NCBI GenBank assembly: GCA_964490095.1
Contig: CAZBAA010000001.1
Span: 1-29,059, forward strand
Length of the DNA stretch: 29,059 bases
Reading direction: 5' to 3'
From: an uncultured Candidatus Saccharibacteria bacterium
GTDB taxonomy: Bacteria; Patescibacteriota; Minisyncoccia; Minisyncoccales; Staskawiczbacteraceae
The position numbers and the translations under genes are program-made. Under the pieces are notes generated by a model that saw only the letters and a program-made list of their open reading frames with translations, had not been told where the DNA came from and made no database searches. How positions within the stretch are numbered: the stretch's first letter is position 1; each line of letters begins with the position of its first letter. Shown piece after piece: positions 24,331-29,059 of the stretch.

Positions 24331-25362
24331 TTATTCGTCAACTATCGGACGCTCAACTTCGTCTATCTTAATTTTGACTTCTCCATCTATTATTTTGACT
24401 GCATCTTTTTCAATTTTCGAAAGTTCTACCCTAGCTTTGTTATAAGAACCCACTGTTGAACCCAAATGATCTCCCAACCTGCTCATATACCCTGAATAAA
24501 CAAATAAATGTTTATACCATTTTTCCATTTCTTTAATCATTGACTCTGCCTGTTCTGAAATTCTCTGATTTTTTAATCCTTGTAGAACTGTCTGTAAATA
24601 AGCCAGAAATGAGGTTGGAGAAACTACGATAACCTTTTTCTTTCCTGCATAATAAATTAAATTATTAGTATCTTCTGTGATGGCTCCGACTTTATTTATA
24701 AGTAAGTCGTAATAGACCGCTTCAGATGGTATAAACATAAAAGCAAAATCCATTGTCTTTTCCTCTGGTTTTACATATTTTGATGTTTCGTCAATTCTTA
24801 GCTTTAAGTCGTTTACAAAAGCTGTCTCCAATCGCTTTTTTTCATTTGGATCCCTTGACTCTACCATCCTATTATAATTTTCTAGAGAAAATTTTGAATC
24901 AATCGGAATTATTCTCTTATCAACAAAAACTACTGCGTCGACAATTGTTTTATCACTAAACTCATCCTGCATCTTATAAGAGCCAGGCGGTAAGACATTT
25001 TTTAATACAGTTTCTAAATAATATTCCCCCAGAATCCCCCTTTGCTTAGGATTTTGTAAAATATCTTGTAATTTATGAAGCTGATCGGCAAAGCCAACGA
25101 CCTGCCTATTGGTTTCATCCAGCTTAGCTAATCTCTCCCTTACATCTCCAATTATTTTAGCTGATTGATTAAACTGAAACTGTACGCTTTTATTTGATTC
25201 AGACAATCCCCCTCTCAACTCTTGCGAAATCTGGCTTATTTGTTGCTGCAACATCAACAAAGAACTATGATTTTCTTTTTCTGGGCCCTTCTTTAATAAT
25301 AAAAATACTGCGGCGACAACCCCAACTGCAATTATAATCAATAAAATAGTGGTAAAATCCAT
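24331..25362 (-). CDS. rmuC: DNA recombination protein RmuC
   Basis: TM plus coiled coil, then NPKQRGILGE, IPIDSKF and DFAFMFIPSEAVY. Confidence 0.93.
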   Translation of the reverse strand: MDFTTILLIIIAVGVVAAVFLLLKKGPEKENHSSLLMLQQQISQISQELRGGLSESNKSVQFQFNQSAKIIGDVRERLAKLDETNRQVVGFADQLHKLQDILQNPKQRGILGEYYLETVLKNVLPPGSYKMQDEFSDKTIVDAVVFVDKRIIPIDSKFSLENYNRMVESRDPNEKKRLETAFVNDLKLRIDETSKYVKPEEKTMDFAFMFIPSEAVYYDLLINKVGAITEDTNNLIYYAGKKKVIVVSPTSFLAYLQTVLQGLKNQRISEQAESMIKEMEKWYKHLFVYSGYMSRLGDHLGSTVGSYNKARVELSKIEKDAVKIIDGEVKIKIDEVERPIVDE

Positions 25363-25365
25363 GTT

Positions 25366-26331
25366 TTAAAAAATATATGATCTAAAAATCTCTGCTAGAA
25401 GAAATGCAATGTAGATAAAAAGCAAAATAATCGCCTCTTTTTTAGTAATTTCTTTACTCGTTCTAATAGTAATAAGAAAAAGAGCTAGTGCTATTATTAA
25501 AAATATTCTAGCAATCAAAAAAGGAGAAAAATCACTTACCGAAAATGGAGCAATAAGCACCACAATGCCCAACACCAAAGTTGCGCAAGAAATTACAGAG
25601 CCCATTAAATCCCCTAAAATCATATAACCCTCTCCTTTTTTTGCAGAAACAATTGAAAAATAAGCCTCTGGAAAACAGTTCCCCAGGCCAACGATTAAAA
25701 GACCGACCAAAGAAAGAGAAATACCCAACTTATTAGAAAAGTACTGCGCGGAGTTTATAATAATTTGAGAAGTCGCTAAAAGAATACTTAAGAAAATAAT
25801 TATTTTTATTAAATCTTTCAAAAATTTAGAAAATCCTTCTATCGGTTGTTGTCTATTGCTCGTGTATACCTTTCTAAATCTGTCTCCTTTTGAAAAAATC
25901 CAAAAGGCATAAACAAAAAAGGCGAATATTAATACCAGCCCATCTATTCGGTCCAATTTACCGTCTAAAATTAAAAACAACGGCAATATGGTAATTACCG
26001 CTGTAAATATCGCGCTTTGCTGTACCATTTTGCTTTCAGTCGAAATGGGACCCTTACTCATTAGTATGGCCAAAGCCATCACTAACGTTAAATCAACCAA
26101 ATTACCTCCTAAAATTTCACCAAAAGAAAGCTGAGGAAACCCGCGTAAAGCAGCGCCAATACCAACAAATAAATTTGGCAGAGAACCAACAACAGCCATC
26201 ACAAAAAAAGCGACAATAAACTCGCGCCAGCCAAGATATCTGGCAAAAGAAACTAATGCTTTAATCAAACGAGAACTTAACCAAACTAAGATAAAAATAG
26301 AAATTAAAAAAGCGATAATATAAAAAAACAT
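25366..26331 (-). CDS. Cation:Ca2+ antiporter (CaCA, YrbG-like)
   Basis: Two alpha-repeats: GSLPNL...GEILGGN and GNCFPE...GDLMGS; about 10 TM segments. Confidence 0.88.
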   Translation of the reverse strand: MFFYIIAFLISIFILVWLSSRLIKALVSFARYLGWREFIVAFFVMAVVGSLPNLFVGIGAALRGFPQLSFGEILGGNLVDLTLVMALAILMSKGPISTESKMVQQSAIFTAVITILPLFLILDGKLDRIDGLVLIFAFFVYAFWIFSKGDRFRKVYTSNRQQPIEGFSKFLKDLIKIIIFLSILLATSQIIINSAQYFSNKLGISLSLVGLLIVGLGNCFPEAYFSIVSAKKGEGYMILGDLMGSVISCATLVLGIVVLIAPFSVSDFSPFLIARIFLIIALALFLITIRTSKEITKKEAIILLFIYIAFLLAEIFRSYIF

Positions 26332-26351
26332 GAGAAATTAGTTATCTTGTT

Positions 26352-27464
26352 TTATTTAATAAAATACACTAGCTCATAAATAATCCCTAACAAAAAAATT
26401 ACCGATAAAGGGTAAACTAATAATTTTCTGCCGCCGACTTTCTTATACATTAATAATATTAAAATACCATCAATGCTAAGCAAAACTCCACCAATGAAAG
26501 AAATCAAGCCAATAAACGAATTAAAGCCGGCCAAGAGCAAAATCAGCGGCGTAAAACAGGCGATAATCCAAGCATGAAAATGCTTAATTCTTAAATCGAA
26601 AACCAACATTTTTTTAAGGGTCAAGGCCAAAGTGATAAAGCCGACAAAAGTTGTGGCAACTCCTATTAAAATAGCCAAGCTAGTAACACCGTTGCCCAAA
26701 TAGCTCTTCAGTCCTAAAAGGGCCGACGGAGTAGTGCCACTACCCGTGATGCCCAAGACTGAAAATATGAAGAAAAGATAAACTGCAACCGGAAGCAAAA
26801 CTGCGGTTGTAATTATCTTTTTCACCAAGCTTTTGTTGCCTCTGAGCATTTCTTCGATTTCGGGTATCATGCCCGCCCCCCACAAAGAAAACATAATTGC
26901 TCCGTAAGGCAAAAATAAATTTTTAAAACCGGCATCAGCGCTTTCAATAAAGAAATTGCTTATTTTAATCTGCGAAAAACCTTTGATGAATATTAAAACT
27001 AAAGTAAAAAGCAAAAAACAAATCACCCCCAGCTCAACTTTGGAAACTACCTTGATGCCAAAATATACGATAAGAGAAGCCAAAGCGAAATAAACAAATA
27101 AGTACAAAAGATTGCTGCCGCCAAAAATAGGCAAAAAAACGCTTGATAGAAAATCGCTGCCGACAATCAGGTAAACTAATAATATTCCCAAAGACCCTGC
27201 AGTGGTTAAAACTAAAGACAACCTGCCTGGCCATCGCCCCAAGTGAAAGCCAACAAACCCCGGCATCCTTTTAAAATCGGGTGTTTTAAGAGCTATCTTG
27301 CCATACATTAAGTGGATTAAAACGACTAAAAAACCAAGAACTAAAAAATAAGCCAGTGTAGGCCCGACACCAGCCTTTAAAGTAACATAGGGCAAAGAAA
27401 AAAACCCAACGCCAATAATACTGCCAGACAACGTGGCAACAGGCAAAATATAATTCTTAATCAT
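26352..27464 (-). CDS. Aromatic/hydroxy amino-acid permease (HAAAP, Trp/Tyr permease-like)
   Basis: LSGSIIGVGFFSLPY, PYGAIMFSLWG...PEI and TTFVGF; about 11 TM segments. Confidence 0.85.
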   Translation of the reverse strand: MIKNYILPVATLSGSIIGVGFFSLPYVTLKAGVGPTLAYFLVLGFLVVLIHLMYGKIALKTPDFKRMPGFVGFHLGRWPGRLSLVLTTAGSLGILLVYLIVGSDFLSSVFLPIFGGSNLLYLFVYFALASLIVYFGIKVVSKVELGVICFLLFTLVLIFIKGFSQIKISNFFIESADAGFKNLFLPYGAIMFSLWGAGMIPEIEEMLRGNKSLVKKIITTAVLLPVAVYLFFIFSVLGITGSGTTPSALLGLKSYLGNGVTSLAILIGVATTFVGFITLALTLKKMLVFDLRIKHFHAWIIACFTPLILLLAGFNSFIGLISFIGGVLLSIDGILILLMYKKVGGRKLLVYPLSVIFLLGIIYELVYFIK

Positions 27465-27465
27465 G

Positions 27466-27537
27466 TGCTCCTAACCGGAGTCGAACCGGTGTTACCAGCT
27501 TGAGAAGCTGATGTCCTAACCACTAGACGATAGGAGC
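27466..27537 (-). tRNA. tRNA-Glu (anticodon CTC), CCA not encoded
   Basis: GCTCCTA/TAGGAGC acceptor stem, D-arm CGTCTAGTGGTTAGGAC, anticodon arm TCAGC-TTCTCAA-GCTGG and T-arm ACCGG-TTCGACT-CCGGT. Confidence 0.96.
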
Positions 27538-27558
27538 TTTTAAAATTAGCTTCATTAC

Positions 27559-27567
27559 ATTATAACA
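27559..27567 (-). promoter_or_regulatory. Extended -10 promoter for the tRNA-Glu operon
   Basis: Minus strand TGTTATAAT, 21 nt upstream of the tRNA 5' end. Confidence 0.6.
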
Positions 27568-27569
27568 AA

Positions 27570-29059
27570 TTATTTATTGACCTGGTAGTCAGGAGGTATC
27601 TGCCAATAATTGATGATGTATTGTGATAATTTTTTAAAAACAGGCACGGCAGAAAGAGCCGAGCTTCTAACCTTTGGATTATCCAATTTAACCAATATCA
27701 AAAAATGGGGGTTTAAAGCCGGGCCGAACCCTATAAAGGTTTGTATAGTTTTGTCGGGATAATAGCCCTTTTTATCTTCAAATGGCACTTGGGCCGTGCC
27801 CGTCTTGCCAGCTAAATAATAGCCCGGTATTTTAGCCCCTTTGCCAAAACCATTCTCCACCACACCAGTCAGCATAGTCGTGACTTGAGAAGCTGTTTTA
27901 GCTGAAATAATTTGCTCATTTAAAATTTGCGGCAGTGTTTGGACTACCTCTTCTCCTTTAACTATTTTTTCCACTATGTAGGGTTTGACCAATTTCCCGC
28001 CATTGGCAATGGCAGCAAAACCGCTGGCAATTTGAATAGGAGTCACTCCAATTCCCTGCCCAAAAGAAGCCGTCGCAAATTCAACATCGGGGCCTTTAAT
28101 TTCGTTCTTGGAAGTAACTTCCCCCTGCAGTTCAATGCCGGTTTTCTCACTAAAACCGAACTTGTAAAGATAATTCAAAAATGTCTCGTGAGAAATCAGT
28201 TGTGAAACAAATACCGCTCCGGTATTTATTGATTTTTCCAAAACCCCTGCCATTGTTTGTTGCCCCCATTTTCTTCTGTCAAAATTACGAATTGTCGCCG
28301 CCCCCACTTTGACAAAACCTTCGTCTACATAAGTGGTGTCGGGTGTTATTTTACCTTCATTAATACCCATTGCCATCACAAAAGGTTTCATTATGGAACC
28401 TGGTTCAAAAATTTTTTGGATAACTGAATTTTGAAAAATATCAAGGTTTTTTTGTTTTGAATAAGTATTTAAGTCAGAAGAAGGAAAATTAACCATCGCT
28501 AAAACTTTTCCTGTATCTGGCTTCAAAACTACGACTTGGCCCGAATCTATATTCAAATCTTTTTGGACTTCTTTGAGTAAGGATTCCGCCTCAAACTGAA
28601 TATTATAATCTATTGTTAAATAAATATCGGAACCGTCCAGGTCCGAGCCCTGATTTGAAGAATAAATGAGTTCTAACCCGCGCTTTTCTTCCTTAATGCC
28701 AAGCTGACCTTTTAAAACATCATCAAAATAACCTTCTATTCCATATTGGCCTTGCCCGTCTCCACCCAAAAAACCAATGACTTGCGATGCCATTTTTTCT
28801 TGAGGATAATACCTGCCGGGGATATTTTCCCAGTACACACCATTTAGTTCTATTTTCTTGACTTTCTCAAGAGCCGCTTTTGATAAGTCCTTTTTTATTA
28901 CCGTATAAGAGTCGCGATTTTCTATTTTTGAGAGTACAAATTCTTTTGATTCTCCAATTGCTTTAGCCAGCGTTTCCGAAAAAAGATTCTTATCTTTTAT
29001 TTCTTGAGGAATCACAAAAACTGTCCATCTTTCCTTATTAATAGCTAAACTTTTCAAAT
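27570..29059 (-). CDS. ftsI: Class B penicillin-binding protein (FtsI/PBP2-like), 5'-partial
   Basis: GQYGIEG, FEPGSIMKP (SxxK), KSINTG (SxN), SFGQG and GKTGTAQ. The frame runs off the window edge. Confidence 0.85.
   Translation of the reverse strand, partial: LKSLAINKERWTVFVIPQEIKDKNLFSETLAKAIGESKEFVLSKIENRDSYTVIKKDLSKAALEKVKKIELNGVYWENIPGRYYPQEKMASQVIGFLGGDGQGQYGIEGYFDDVLKGQLGIKEEKRGLELIYSSNQGSDLDGSDIYLTIDYNIQFEAESLLKEVQKDLNIDSGQVVVLKPDTGKVLAMVNFPSSDLNTYSKQKNLDIFQNSVIQKIFEPGSIMKPFVMAMGINEGKITPDTTYVDEGFVKVGAATIRNFDRRKWGQQTMAGVLEKSINTGAVFVSQLISHETFLNYLYKFGFSEKTGIELQGEVTSKNEIKGPDVEFATASFGQGIGVTPIQIASGFAAIANGGKLVKPYIVEKIVKGEEVVQTLPQILNEQIISAKTASQVTTMLTGVVENGFGKGAKIPGYYLAGKTGTAQVPFEDKKGYYPDKTIQTFIGFGPALNPHFLILVKLDNPKVRSSALSAVPVFKKLSQYIINYWQIPPDYQVNK

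Noticed and set aside
24055-24459. 134-aa plus-strand ORF, and other antisense ORFs in the track (e.g. 2653-2970, 5113-5433, 23395-23733, 27927-28205)
   Set aside because: They are shadows of well-supported genes on the opposite strand, with no recognisable motifs.
1-29059. CRISPR array, rRNA, IS transposase
   Set aside because: I saw no regularly spaced repeats, rRNA-like sequence or transposase motifs, and intergenic gaps are too short to hold them.

Overview
An AT-rich, tightly packed bacterial chromosome segment. It looks like Patescibacteria (CPR, Parcubacteria-type); this is inferred from the very short spacers, near absence of Shine-Dalgarno motifs, short archaeal-type AspRS and orphan VirB4/VirD4-like ATPase. 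Most of it is housekeeping on the minus strand: ftsI (partial), tRNA-Glu, an amino-acid permease, a Ca2+/Na+ antiporter, rmuC, rplU, prmC, murC, tyrS, aspS, a D,D-carboxypeptidase, mraY, a murL-murD fusion, ftsW, murG, gltX and a Xer-type tyrosine recombinase. At the left edge an MvaI/BcnI-like restriction-modification pair on the plus strand converges on the xer locus. The most notable observations are: (1) a 15-17 bp motif (core TTTATTGTGCGACAA) found three times, twice as an inverted pair around the xer gene, with a degenerate fourth copy in the xer promoter; (2) a perfect 44-bp palindrome before prmC; (3) GC-rich hairpins that appear to be inserted in frame in xer and prmC; (4) a 663-aa surface protein with thrombospondin-like repeats, a possible hydrolase core and an Ig fold; (5) a PolX 8-kDa lyase domain fused to an unknown domain; (6) a tRNA whose 3' end lies 1 nt from the next start codon; (7) an orphan Cys4 mini-gene with a structured leader. 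Family calls come from motif recognition by eye; no searches were run.
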